Shown piece by piece: positions 13,006 through 23,675 of a stretch of 64,000 nucleotides of DNA. The position numbers and the translations under genes are program-made. Each line of letters opens with the position of its first letter. Positions within the stretch are counted from its first letter, which is position 1. This DNA comes from Zootoca vivipara (lineage: Eukaryota): assembly GCF_963506605.1 (NCBI RefSeq), contig NC_083286.1, positions 44,888,001 to 44,952,000 of the forward strand. Reading direction: 5' to 3'. The notes under the pieces were generated by a model. The model was not told the origin of the DNA, ran no database searches, and saw only the letters and a list, made by a program, of their open reading frames with translations.

Positions 13006-13590
13006 ACACCAGAGATCGAAGAAATATGCAGGAACATTTCAAAAAAGCCAGATGAAAAGCCAGAAGAGGCAGAACCTCCTCCCTCTCAGCACGACCAGTC
13101 ATCTCCCCTCGGCCATCAAGGCAAGAAACCCCATCACCATAGACACGGGCATCGGCAGAACAACCGGCGCCATCAAAATAGAGGCGGTCAGGCAGGTAGT
13201 GAGGATGTTGTAGAAGCTGCCCCACAGCAACCAGCTGTGGAGGATCCCCCCCAGAGAAAGAGGATTTGACGAAAGGGGAATGGCATATGCCAGAGGCAGT
13301 TGAGCTGAAACTGGCAGGAGCTGACAAGGCCCACTACAGGTAACTGATGTTGACATTGTCGGCACTTGCTGTTTGAAGATCTAAGTAGCGTAGCCGCCTG
13401 ACACTGCCGTGGTGAGCTCCCATCTTCCTGCAGGTGACGTGGGCAGCTGTTGGCAGAGAATGTCACTGAGTCTTGCCAGTGACGACTGCCAATGGCTGCT
13501 TGACAGCCAGCAGTAGCAGGTGAGCTTGAAACTTCAGCTGCCTGACAGTGAGTAGGAAGGGCAGAAAACTGAGCCTGAAAAACAAACTAA
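13006..13590 (+). CDS. SELENOP: Selenoprotein P terminal coding exon: His-rich tract and Sec-rich tail (12 in-frame TGA), stop TAA
   Basis: In-frame TGA at 13267, 13306, 13345, 13351, 13399, 13435, 13480, 13501, 13543, 13549, 13570 and 13576. Motifs NUCUHCRHLLFE and ENVTESCQURLP; TAA at 13588-13590. Confidence 0.96.
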
Positions 13591-14010
13591 GCATCTTAAG
13601 ACACTAGGGAAGTGTCCTCAATATAGAATGTATTCATTGATAATGCAGCCATTGGTAGCATCAGATTTTTCCAAGCTGATTGGAAGCACTTATTGGCAAG
13701 AGCCAAAGAGATTTAAAATACATTGAGTGACTATTACATCAGTGAGCTTCCCATCTGGTACCATTATGTGAATGTCTGAAAGAAAGCAACTTACGCAGCT
13801 CAGTCCACGAACCAATTAAGCCAGAGTACTTGGGTTTCATGTTTTGCAACTGTAGTCAACTGCTATTGCTTAATTGGCTTTGTACTGAGTTGTTTTGGTT
13901 AGCTGATTTGCCTTTAAAAAACAACAATGAAATTCTCGTAATGGTACAGATTTTTGTTTTTCGGTGCCCATTTAAAGTGTCTGCTACGTTTAGTTACCTC
14001 ATCTTTCTGG

Positions 14011-14114
14011 TTTCCTCTTCTACCATTCTGTTTGCATTTGTGAAGACAGAAGCATAAACTATAACCTAGGGGCTTCTGTTTGATGTATAGCAACCAAGAA
14101 CAGGGGAGGAGAAT
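14011..14114 (+). promoter_or_regulatory. SELENOP: SECIS element 1 (form 2, GUGA core)
   Basis: GTGA 14040-14043, helix GACAGAAGC/GCTTCTGTT, unpaired AAA, apical mini-helix CTA/TAG, GA 14082-14083, lower helix TTGC/GCAA. Confidence 0.9.
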
Positions 14115-14710
14115 AAAGATGTGTTAACTACTTAAAACAACTCTGGGTTTTTTTGAAAACCAAGTAAATATATAAAAATGTGAATTTTCCCCCACTAAAA
14201 CTTTAGAGCCACTTAATGATCAAACCGTATTGTAGAAGTTGATGTACTTTAAAAGTTTGTGTGTGATGGCCGATATTCCAAAGGGATTTGCCAGAATTCC
14301 TAACACCCAAGTAATAGATTTTGAACAGGAACATTTAAGATCCTGTGGCAAGAAGACTAGAATAGACTATGAATCTTTTTGTGTTTTTGTGAAAGTCCCA
14401 CCAAAGCTAAGTATCACAGCTATTATGCATTTGGGGTGCAAAGTGAAACATGGAACAGGGTCAAAAACATCTGTTGATCAGATTTAAGTCTTGATCTATC
14501 TATCTCACAGTTCCTGTTGGTTTGTCATTCTTGGACTGGTTTTGGTCACTTTTATATCAGATTAATGAAGCTTGTATGTTTCTTTTTAGCTAAATAGTAT
14601 GTCTCATTGTTAACACCTTGTCTTTCTGAAATGAATTTTTGAGTGTTTGTGTGTGGAGGTTTTAGGAACGAAAGAAAATGTTCAACACAAAAACTGCTTA
14701 GATGGTGCTT

Positions 14711-14775
14711 GCTGTAGTTCATGATGGTTTCCTAGGGAAAGTCACTGCCCTACAAACTTGAATATTTTTTATGGT
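14711..14775 (+). promoter_or_regulatory. SELENOP: SECIS element 2 (form 1)
   Basis: ATGA 14721-14724, helix GGTTT..TAGGG/CCCTA..AAACT, AAA loop, GA 14760-14761, lower helix CTGTAG/TTATGG. Confidence 0.9.
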
Positions 14776-14852
14776 GAACACTTGTTAAGCATGAAAGTAG
14801 TTAAGAATATAACTGGAAAGCATGTTTGTTGACAATGGATAAGAGAACTTTT

Positions 14853-14858
14853 AATAAA
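14853..14858 (+). terminator. SELENOP: SELENOP polyadenylation signal AATAAA
   Basis: First AATAAA after SECIS2, followed by GT-rich sequence. Confidence 0.7.
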
Positions 14859-14945
14859 CCAAAACAAGCAATTAACATTGTGTGACACTTGTCAGTTACA
14901 CTTCCTAAACAGACAACTTGTGTTTTCATGTAATTCTCAAAACTG

Positions 14946-15059
14946 TTAACGTTTGAAATGGAAACATTCACCTTTGCCAAGCCTCTGTTCCAAGTTTCGG
15001 ATGGTATTACGGAGAACTTCAATTTCCTTATTCTTCTCTTCTTGAAGATGCTGAAGCTT
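14946..15059 (-). CDS. CCDC152: CCDC152 last coding exon
   Basis: gcag|KLQHLQEEKNKEIEVLRNTIRNLEQRLGKGECFHFKR*. The 8 exons join into an uninterrupted 735-nt CDS (244 aa); synteny between SELENOP and GHR supports the call. Confidence 0.92.
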   Translation of the reverse strand, partial: KLQHLQEEKNKEIEVLRNTIRNLEQRLGKGECFHFKR

Positions 15060-15385
15060 CTGCAAAGATTAAAGCAAATGCTTTATTTCCTGTTAGAACC
15101 TGGTTCCAAGATACAGTAGTGTATATAAACAAAGGTGTCATTGCTTTTGAAAAAAAATCTTCAAATACTTTTCAAAAACTTGTATGTATTATATGACATC
15201 CAGGCACTGAGTCAGCTTGGTGGTCCCACTGGAAGTTACAGAGCACTTAATTAATTAACTCCATAGTTTTTGCCTAAAACATAGCACAAATAACAAGACC
15301 TCTGATAAGCGCTCCCTGATGCCCAAAGGTTGTTACATTTCTTTCTGTACCCCTCAATGGCATAACTTGCCACTTATATTCTATA

Positions 15386-15640
15386 GAGAGCCAGTGTGGT
15401 GTAGTGGTTAAGAGCGGTAGACTTGTAATCTGGGGAACCGGGTCCGTGTCTCCGCTCCCCCACATGCAGCTGCTGGGTGACCTTGGGCTAGTCACACTTC
15501 TTTGAAGTCTCTCAGCCCCACCCACCTCACAGGGTGTCTGTTGTGGGGGAGGAGGGGAAAGGAGGTTGTTAGCTGCTTTGAGACTCCTTCGGGTAGTGAT
15601 AAAGCGGGATATCAAATCCAAACTCCTCTTCTTCTTCTTC
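15386..15640 (+). mobile_element. tRNA-derived SINE (Squam3-like, (CTT)n tail)
   Basis: A box TGGTGTAGTGG, B-box-like motif and CTT tail; four copies in the window. Confidence 0.82.
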
Positions 15641-16048
15641 TATAGCCAAAGAAATTTTAAAAGCTTCATTTAATAATTCTGCAAAGCCTGAAATTTAAAT
15701 ACCACAACCAGTGTGCATTAATTATTGCACATTTTTCAGTGTTACAGAAATTAACGGATGAGAGTTGTAGACAATGTCACCCTGTTGTATGTGTACACAG
15801 TGCTTACATGTCATTAAAAATGGAGGAGTGCATATAGATCAGATCAGTCTTAAAAATGAACAGAGAAGCTATTTTAGATAGGGGATTTTCCCAATGGTTG
15901 GCACTCCTCAGAGGAATAGGAGATCTGGGCCAATGAGTTACACTTTCAGAGATATTAAGATATAGTGATGAGGGCAAGACACAACATTTAAAGTCAAAGC
16001 TTATTGTCAGAAATACTGTGCGTCATCCAAGTATTTAATGAAAAACAT

Positions 16049-16405
16049 GTTGTTGTTGTTTAGTCATTTAGTCGTGTCTGACTCTTTGTGACCCCATGGA
16101 CCATAGCACGCCAGGCACTCCTGTCTTGCACTGCCTCCCGCAGTTTGGTCAAACTCATCTCATCCTCTGTCGTCCCCTTCTCCTTGTGCCCTCAATCTTT
16201 CCCCTTCATGGATCAATGCCTTGTCGTGGCAAAGGGGCTTGAATAACTCAGAGAAGCTATGAGCTATGCCATGCAGGGCCACCCAAGATGGACAGGTCAT
16301 AGTGGAGAGTTTGACTAAACGTGATCCACCTGGAGAAGGAACTGGCAAGCTACTCCAGTATCCCTGCCAAGAAAACTCCATGGACAAAGACAACAGGCAT
16401 ATAAA
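16049..16405 (-). mobile_element. BovB/RTE LINE remnant with 5' inversion
   Basis: (CAA)n RTE tail on the minus strand, BovB 5'-like segment on the plus strand; TSD AATGAAAAACAT. Confidence 0.75.
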
Positions 16406-16452
16406 AATGAAAAACATACATTTAAGATATTAGAAAATGCTGGAAAACATAC

Positions 16453-16539
16453 CCTTCTGTAAATGTTTTGAGGCAGTGAAGTGGGTTTTGGATAGGACTT
16501 GGGCATTTTGGTCTGAAGCTTTACCAATTCAGCATTGAA
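16453..16539 (-). CDS. CCDC152: CCDC152 coding exon 7
   Basis: FNAELVKLQTKMPKSYPKPTSLPQNIYRR|gtatg; 87 nt. Confidence 0.9.
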
Positions 16540-16654
16540 CTGAAACAAAAACACATGTTAGTACTGTATGCTGATAATGGGGGATGAGGAAAAACCTATA
16601 CACATAATTCTACTTTTAACCATTCTTGAGCCAGTGTGGTGTACTGGACTAGGA

Positions 16655-16866
16655 TAATAATAATTAATTAATTACGGTAATAATAATTTATTATTTATAC
16701 CCCGCCCATCTGGCTGAGTCTCCCCAGCCGCTCTGGGCGGCTCCCAATTGAATATTAAAACAATACAGCATTAAATATTAAAAGCTTCCCTAAACAGGGC
16801 TGCCTTCAGATGTCTTCTAAAATTCTGATAGCTGCTTATTTCCTTGACATCTGATGGAAGGGCAAT
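16655..16866 (-). mobile_element. L2 LINE 3' end
   Basis: Typical lizard L2 tail; ORF end FRRHLKAALFREAF; related fragments at ~2437-2545 and ~27180-27305. Confidence 0.65.
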
Positions 16867-17717
16867 GATGGAAGGATGGATGAACTCCAAGCACCACCTT
16901 GGGCCTAATCTACCTAAGAGGGTTGTTTGGAAAACTGAACAGTTTTGTTTACCATAATACAAGGAGGATACTGTAGGAGCTAGAAAAGGGTGACCAAAAT
17001 GACCACAGGGCTGGAGAAACTTGCATGAGAAAAAGCTACTTGGAGCTATTGGACTGGGGGGGGGACTTCCAAAGGGATAAGAGAGAGGTGCATAAATTAT
17101 GCGGTGTTGAGAAGATTGAGTATTACACAGTGCATAGTTAAATTCTGGAGGCTGTTACCACAAGAGATAGTAAAGGCAACCAACTTGGATGGCTTTAAAG
17201 GGAATTAAACTCATGGAGGATAAAGCCACTAATGGATACTAACCATGATGGCTGTACTACCTACGTACAGGTATCAGAGATGGTGCATCTCAGCACCCCA
17301 GTTGCTAGAGGAGAGGAGTGGGAGACCATTGCTACACTCCAAACCCACTTGTGGACTTCCCATAAGCATCTGGTTGGCCCCTGTAGGATCAGAATGTTGG
17401 ACTAGATAGACTTTTGGTCTGATCCAGCCGGGTACTTCTTATGTTGTTAAATGTAATGTAAATAAAATAAAATAATAAAATTTATTGGCTGGGTCATGCC
17501 TGTTTTGAAGTTTATAATTAAAATCATAGGAGGCAGTGGAGAAATGTGCAACCATGTGACAAAAGAGGGTAAGGTAGATATTAAAACATTCCAAGTACTG
17601 TATGGATACATTTTCAGTGCTGCTAGGAACAACAACAACAAAAACCCTCAAAATATTTTTCTTGCTCACACTACAATAAGGATACCAGAATGTTTTCAAT
17701 GAATCTGGGGACACTTT

Positions 17718-17741
17718 AAATAAATAAATAAATAAATAAAT

Positions 17742-17783
<42 letters not shown>
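17718..17783. repeat. Compound (TAAA)n(GT)n microsatellite
   Basis: Seen directly. Confidence 0.95.
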
Positions 17784-17786
<3 letters not shown>

Positions 17787-18085
17787 GTTATTTTAAAAAA
17801 ATAAGAAGTAATATCTTCTCTTCTGTGGTCTCCTCTGTTGCGCTGCCTTCCTATGGGTCCCAGCCTGCTTTCTTGGAGCGCTAGCTATGCTTCCACTCCC
17901 TCCCTGCACTGCGATCCCCTATAGGCTTACTCAAGAGTAAGCATTAGCAGAAACCCCTTCCTCCTGCTGCTGCCCTGCCCTGTGGGCGTCTGGTATGCAG
18001 GCATCAACTGTGGGATGATCACAGATTTGGAAAGGACCTCTGAGGGGCCATGGGGCATCTAGGCCAACCCCCTGCAATGGAGATA

Positions 18086-18311
18086 CAGTGGTACCTCAGG
18101 TTACAAACGCTTCAGGTTACAAATTCTGCTAACCCAGAAATAGTACCTCAGGTTAAGAACTTTGCTTCAGGATGAGAACAGAAATTGTGCTCCTGCTGCG
18201 TGGCGGCACCAGGAGGCCCCATTAGCTAAAGTGGTGCTTCAGGTTAAGAACTGTTTCAGGTTAAGAACGGAGCTCTGGAATGAATTAAGTTCTTAACCAG
18301 AGGTACCACTG
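18086..18311. mobile_element. Tc1/mariner (Tigger-like) MITE
   Basis: TA|CAGTGGTACCTC...GAGGTACCACTG|TA. Confidence 0.85.
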
Positions 18312-18643
18312 TACCTCAACAAGAGCAGCCACAACTTAAAAGAACATAAGGCTTCCCTGCTCCATTTACACACAGAAGGTACCCCCCCCAAGCCCCATCC
18401 CACCGATCTCTCCCTTTTTATCAAAGGGGAGGGATGCAAGCAAGCAAGCAAGCAGAGGTAGCCTTTTTCATTTTGTTAAAGGTTCATTTTTTAATAAGAA
18501 GGGAACAGAAAAACTGTTTAGGGGGAACCAACATAAACACCCCCAAAATAAACATAAAACATTCCTCCTCCCCTTTTATTTTTTCCTAGTGGGGGCAGGT
18601 GCAAGGGAAGAAAATTGAAGCAGCAACGCATTATGAGGTATAG

Positions 18644-18779
18644 CAGGCATCCCCAAACTGCGGCCCTCCAGATGTTTTGGCCTACAACTCCCATGATCCT
18701 TAGCTAACAGGACCAGTGGTCAGGGATGATGGGAATTGTAGTCCGAAACATCTGGAGGGCCGAAGTTTGGGGATGCCTG
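18644..18779. mobile_element. hAT-type hairpin MITE
   Basis: Same family; TSD AGGTATAG/ATGTATAG. Confidence 0.85.
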
Positions 18780-19056
18780 ATGTATAGGGTTGGGGAACCA
18801 GATGTGTGAAAAGACAAAGGGAGAATTGGGAAGTGTTTATGGGTAAGGAGGAAAAAATGGGGAGACAGAGAATAACACAGAGAAGGGAGGGAGGGAAGGC
18901 AGTCCAATGTAGCTCACAAACATGCAGAATGGAGCAAAAGAGGCAAGACAATTCCCACCACCACCACCCTTAACTTTGAAGCAACAGCCTCTGTCTGGGA
19001 GAGCAAAGGGAAGGCTCAAGGCAGCATCCTGCTTTCTTCCAGCTTGGTAGTCCAGC

Positions 19057-19145
19057 CATAGCTGCCAAGTTTTCCCTTTTCTCGCGAGGAAGCCTATTCA
19101 GCATAAGGGAAAATCCCTTAAAAAAGGGATAACTTGGCAGCTATG
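19057..19145. mobile_element. ~90-bp hAT MITE (TIR CATAGCTGCCAAG)
   Basis: Perfect 8-bp TSD AGTCCAGC. Confidence 0.85.
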
Positions 19146-19911
19146 AGTCCAGCTCTCAAGCAGGCAGAATGCAGCAAAGGGGGCTTTAAAGGCATGGAAA
19201 AGTGCTCCTTCTTCCTCATGAGCAAGCAGGAGAGACAGGGTAGCTTGCAGAGATGTCATGCAGGGAGGCTTCTTCCATGCACCTCAGCTCTGCCGGTCCT
19301 AATAACAGCCTTGCCTCTCCGGCTCAAGCAAGCAAGCAGGAAGAGCTGGGCTGTTTGCAGGGAGGTTTCTTTTCGCCCGTCAGCTGATAGGCGGGAGAGT
19401 TGCAGCAAAGCCCAGCTGCACCTCAGCTCCCCAGGAGACCCTCTCTGGAGCTGTAGCGGATGATTGCTTTGGGCTCTGGGAAGGGTCTGGAAGTCCCTAG
19501 GCATATGATTAATCCGGGGACATTACATTAAATCCAGGGACATTCCAGAGGTGGATTTTGTCTGGGGACAGATTGGTAAATCCGGGGCTGTCCCCGGAAA
19601 CCGGAGGTCTGGTACACTACAAGGAAACAAAAAATATAAGCAACATAATTCTAATAACTCAATCTGAAACTCATTTACTTTGATTACATCTAATTAATTT
19701 CAGTGGAAATTACTTCTCAATTATGGCAGAATAACAGCCTGCTTATAAGGCTCTTATCATTTATCCAGTAAAACAACAAGCTAGGCTCTTCTTAAAAAGT
19801 TATACTTTCCATTCACAAGTTACGACTTGTATTTGCATATACTGTACTTCTTTATAAAACAGACCTAATCTTTTATCTTCTGCCTTCTATATGGAGTTAT
19901 CTAGTGCATAC

Positions 19912-20039
19912 CTCTATTTGCAATTTGATCATCTCATCCTGTTTTTGTTTTTCTTGTGCTCCGAGTTGTTTAGTTAATTCAAAAATCTCCATATCTTTTT
20001 TCTCTATTAGTAGTTTGTGCTCTTTCTCCATGGCTTCAA
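19912..20039 (-). CDS. CCDC152: CCDC152 coding exon 6
   Basis: (F)EAMEKEHKLLIEKKDMEIFELTKQLGAQEKQKQDEMIKLQIE|gtatg; coiled-coil composition; 128 nt. Confidence 0.9.
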
Positions 20040-20431
20040 CTTGAACAAAATTAAAATAATGTAGAAATTCATTACATTTAATCAAATGGCTTTAAAATGA
20101 TGAGAAGCTGTATGTTATAAAATGTTACTCAAAACATTTGTAGGAAAAGCTGGGATAATAAATAAGAAACTTAAATTTTAGATACAAAATGATCAATCTA
20201 GAAACATTTTTTTAAATAAAAGAAACATTGGAGGAGCAGATTCATTAAATATGATGCAGGTTAATACACAACAATTTTAGGCGATCCAGATAAGCTGGAA
20301 TTCATCCACCATAGTTAATTTCCAGACTACTGTTCATTAGTGAAAAAGAACTGTGTAGTACCAAATATTTTGCTTTAAAGTGTGAGAAATCTCAACATCA
20401 CTCACATATAGTGTACACAATTTATGCTTAC

Positions 20432-20534
20432 ATTTTTTATTCATGTTATAGTGCAGCTTCCTTTGTTCAAGCTTGTGTTCATCCTCCTTCTTTTCAATTT
20501 CTCTCATGAGTCTATCAACCATATTTTTATGTTC
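20432..20534 (-). CDS. CCDC152: CCDC152 coding exon 5
   Basis: EHKNMVDRLMREIEKKEDEHKLEQRKLHYNMNKK; 103 nt; donor GTAAGC. Confidence 0.9.
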
Positions 20535-20772
20535 CTATAAATTGATTTAAGCAATGTTTTAAAACAAAACACCCAATAGCCAAATTCTCTGGGTAGCTTA
20601 AAATAACAATACAATTAAAATCATGAGACTATACAGTATAATGTAGCATAAAGCTTTCCAGCACGGAATGAAGCAGTTACTATATTACCCTACTCTTTTG
20701 GATACAGTAGATACATGGGAACAAGTGTTTGTGATGTCAGAAGATGAGCCAGAAACAAATTAAGACCAAGTA

Positions 20773-22408
20773 CAGTGATACCTTGGGTTACAATGCTTCA
20801 GGTTACAAACGCTTCAGGTTACAAACTCCGCTAACCCAGAAATAGTACCTCAGGTTAAGAATTTTGCTTCAGGATGAGAACAGAAATCGTGCTCCAGTGG
20901 CATGGCAGCAGCAGGAAGCCCCATTAGCTAAAGTGGTGCTTCAGGTTAAGAACAGTTTCAGGTTAAGAACGGACCTCCGGAACGAATTAAGTTCTTAACA
21001 GGCGAAGTCCCAGCAGACTGGAGGAGGGCAAATGTTGTCCCTATATTCGAAAAGGGAGGACCCAAAGAATTACCGCCCAGTCAGCCTGACATCAATACCA
21101 GGAAAGATTCTAGAGCAGATCATTAAGCAAACGGTCTGTGAGCACCTAGAAAGGAACGCTGTGATCACTAAAAGTCAGCATGGGTTTCTGAAAAATAGGT
21201 CATGTCAGACTAATCTGATCTCATTTTTTGACAGAGTCACAAGCCTGGTGGATGAAGGGAACGCTGTGGATGTAGCATATCTTGATTTCAGCAAGGTCTT
21301 TGACAAGGTGCCCCATGATATTCTTGTAAAGAAGCTAGTAAAATGTGGGCTAGATAATGCTACCATTCAATGGATTTGTAACTGGCTGACTTACCGAACC
21401 CAAAGGATGCTCATCAATGGCGCCTCTTCATCCTGGAGAAAAGTGACTAGTGGGGTGCCACAGGGTTCTGTCTTGGGCCCAGTCTTATTCAACATCTTTA
21501 TAAACGACCTGGATGATGGGCTTGAGGGCATCCTGATCAAGTTTGCAGATGACACCAAATTGGGAGGGGTGGCTAATACCCCAGAGGACAGGATCACACT
21601 TCAAAATGACTTTAACAGATTAGAGAACTGGGCCAAAGCAAACAAGATGAATTTTAACAGGGAGAAATCTAAAGTACTACACTTGGGCAAAAAATGAAAA
21701 TGAAAATGAAAGACACAAATACAGGATGGGTGACACCTGGCTGGAGAGCAGTATATGTGAAAAGGATCTAGGAGTCTTGGTAGACCACAAACTTGATATG
21801 AGTCAACAGTGTGATGCAGCAGCTAAAAAAGCCAAGGCAATTCTGGGCTGCATCAATAGGACTACAGCATCTAGATCAAGGGAAGTAATAGTACCACTGA
21901 ATTATGCTCTGGTCAGACCTCACCTGAAGTTCTGTGTCCAGTTCTGGGCACCACAGTTCAAGAAGGATACTGACAAGCTGGAATGTGTCCAGAGGAGGGC
22001 AACCAAAATGGTCAAAGGCCTGGAAACGATGCCTTATGAGGAACGGCTTAGGGAGCTGGGTATGTTTAGCCTGGAGAAGGTAAGGTTAAGGGGTGATATG
22101 ATAGCCATGTTCAAATATAATAGAGGAGGGAGAAAGGTTGTTTTCTGCTGCTCCAGAGAAGCGGACACGGAGGAATGGATTCAAACTACAAGAAAGAAGA
22201 TCCCACCTAAACATTAGGAAGAACTTCCTGACAGTAAGAGCTGTTTGACAGTGGAATTTGCTGCCAAGGAGTGTGGTGGAGTCTCCTTCTTTGGAGGTCT
22301 TTAAGCAGAGGCTGTCAGGAATGGTTTGATGGTGTTTCCTGCTTGGCAGGGGGTTGGACTGGATGGCCCTTGTGGTCCCTTCCAACTCTATGATTCTAGG
22401 TACCACTG
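20773..22408. mobile_element. Tc1/mariner MITE split by a CR1 insertion
   Basis: Body at 20773-20999; the terminal AGGTACCACTG|TA resumes at 22398. Confidence 0.82.
21000..22397 (+). mobile_element. 5'-truncated CR1 LINE (reverse transcriptase fragment, frameshifted)
   Basis: [37 protein letters not shown]; CR1 tail CCTTCCAACTCTATGATTCT. Confidence 0.93.
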
Positions 22409-22587
22409 TATGTGAAACCAACACTCTAATCTGATTATTGTCAAGTAGCTCATAACAATGAAGATGACAAAACAGATATAAAAAGAAAAAATCAAAATGA
22501 TAAATTGTCAAAAGATGACTCCTCTCTCTAGAAAGTAGGTTGATTCTCCAAACAGAAACCTAAGGTTTTGAAGATAGGTGCTCTCAC

Positions 22588-22652
22588 CTGTTCCTGGGAT
22601 TTTAGTTTCTCTTCTAAATTATGAGCTATGTTCTTCAGTTTCTCACTTTCAT
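22588..22652 (-). CDS. CCDC152: CCDC152 coding exon 4
   Basis: (D)ESEKLKNIAHNLEEKLKSQEQ|gtgag; 65 nt. Confidence 0.88.
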
Positions 22653-23018
22653 CTGTGTAAGGGAATTGTTGACAGTCAGGCTGGAATAGAAATTTTGCAC
22701 ATGTTCTGTAGAAAGAAAGAAAGAAAGAAAGAAAGAAAAGAGGGAGGGAGGGAGGGAGGGAGAGGGAGGTGTATATGGACTGCATAGCAGCCCTTGACAT
22801 CTTAAATGCTCGCTTGAATGCTCGTATATGCATGGGGCTTTTAAAAAGTTAAGATAACTTCCCCTTCTTATTCTATTGTTGGATGATCATTTTAGGAATT
22901 TTGTATGGTATATATATATATATATATTTATTTTTTCTTTGGCTTTTTATTGATTTTACCTGTTTGCATTTTATCTTGTTAAGTCGCTTTGAAACTTTCT
23001 TTGATATAAAGCAACTTT

Positions 23019-23135
23019 TGTTGTTGTTTTTTAGTCGTTTAGTAGTGTCCGACTCTTCGTGACCCCATGGACCAGAGCACGCCAGGCACTCTTGTCTTCC
23101 ACTGCCTCCCGCAGTTTGGTCAGACTCATGTCTGA
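23019..23135 (-). mobile_element. BovB/RTE 3' tail
   Basis: GTCCATGGGGTCACGAAGAGTCGGACAC..(CAA)n on the minus strand; TSD-like AAAGCAACT. Confidence 0.78.
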
Positions 23136-23606
23136 CCAAAAGCAACTAACAGATTGAATAACTAAATAACTAAATAAATGTCTATGCAAGTGAGCAAAGG
23201 AGGTAGGAAGTGGGAAAGTCAGGAACTTTATAAACTCATTGTCATTTTTCAGACTTATGCACTCACAAGCATTGTGCTGGATTAACTCCCCAACCACCCA
23301 GGTGACTATGCCAGCAAAATAATGGATAATAACATGGAAATAACCTTGTGCAACATCTGCCAAAGACGCACAAGCAGAGGTTTTCAACCAGACACACAAG
23401 ACTGAGCTGTAGGCAACTTGTATTGAAGAAGTTTAATAGAGATGCCTAAATACAACTACTTTTGCTGATGCATATCTATATGCATACTGTTACTGTAGTC
23501 AACCCTTGTTGGAAGCTCTATTCCAAATACTGTGTTCTAGTCCACACAAGAGCAGTCTCTAAACACATGAAGAACAACATCAACACTGCAGCTAGCTTTT
23601 TTTTAC

Positions 23607-23675
23607 CTCTCAAATTATACTGGTTTTCTATAGTTTGTTGGAGACCTTTAATCACATTTTGGAGTGTAGCACATT
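23607..23675 (-). CDS. CCDC152: CCDC152 coding exon 3
   Basis: (E)CATLQNVIKGLQQTIENQYNLR; phase 1/1; 69 nt. Confidence 0.9.

Noticed and set aside
12980-13466. Several ORFs on both strands over the SELENOP last exon
   Set aside because: Off-frame or antisense shadows of the Sec-recoded exon.
13267-13578. Multiple in-frame stops suggesting a pseudogene
   Set aside because: All are TGA at Cys/Sec-type positions, and two SECIS elements follow.
15386-15460. tRNA-like sequences (also at 53373 and 58161)
   Set aside because: SINE heads continuing into SINE bodies; no complete cloverleaf or terminator.
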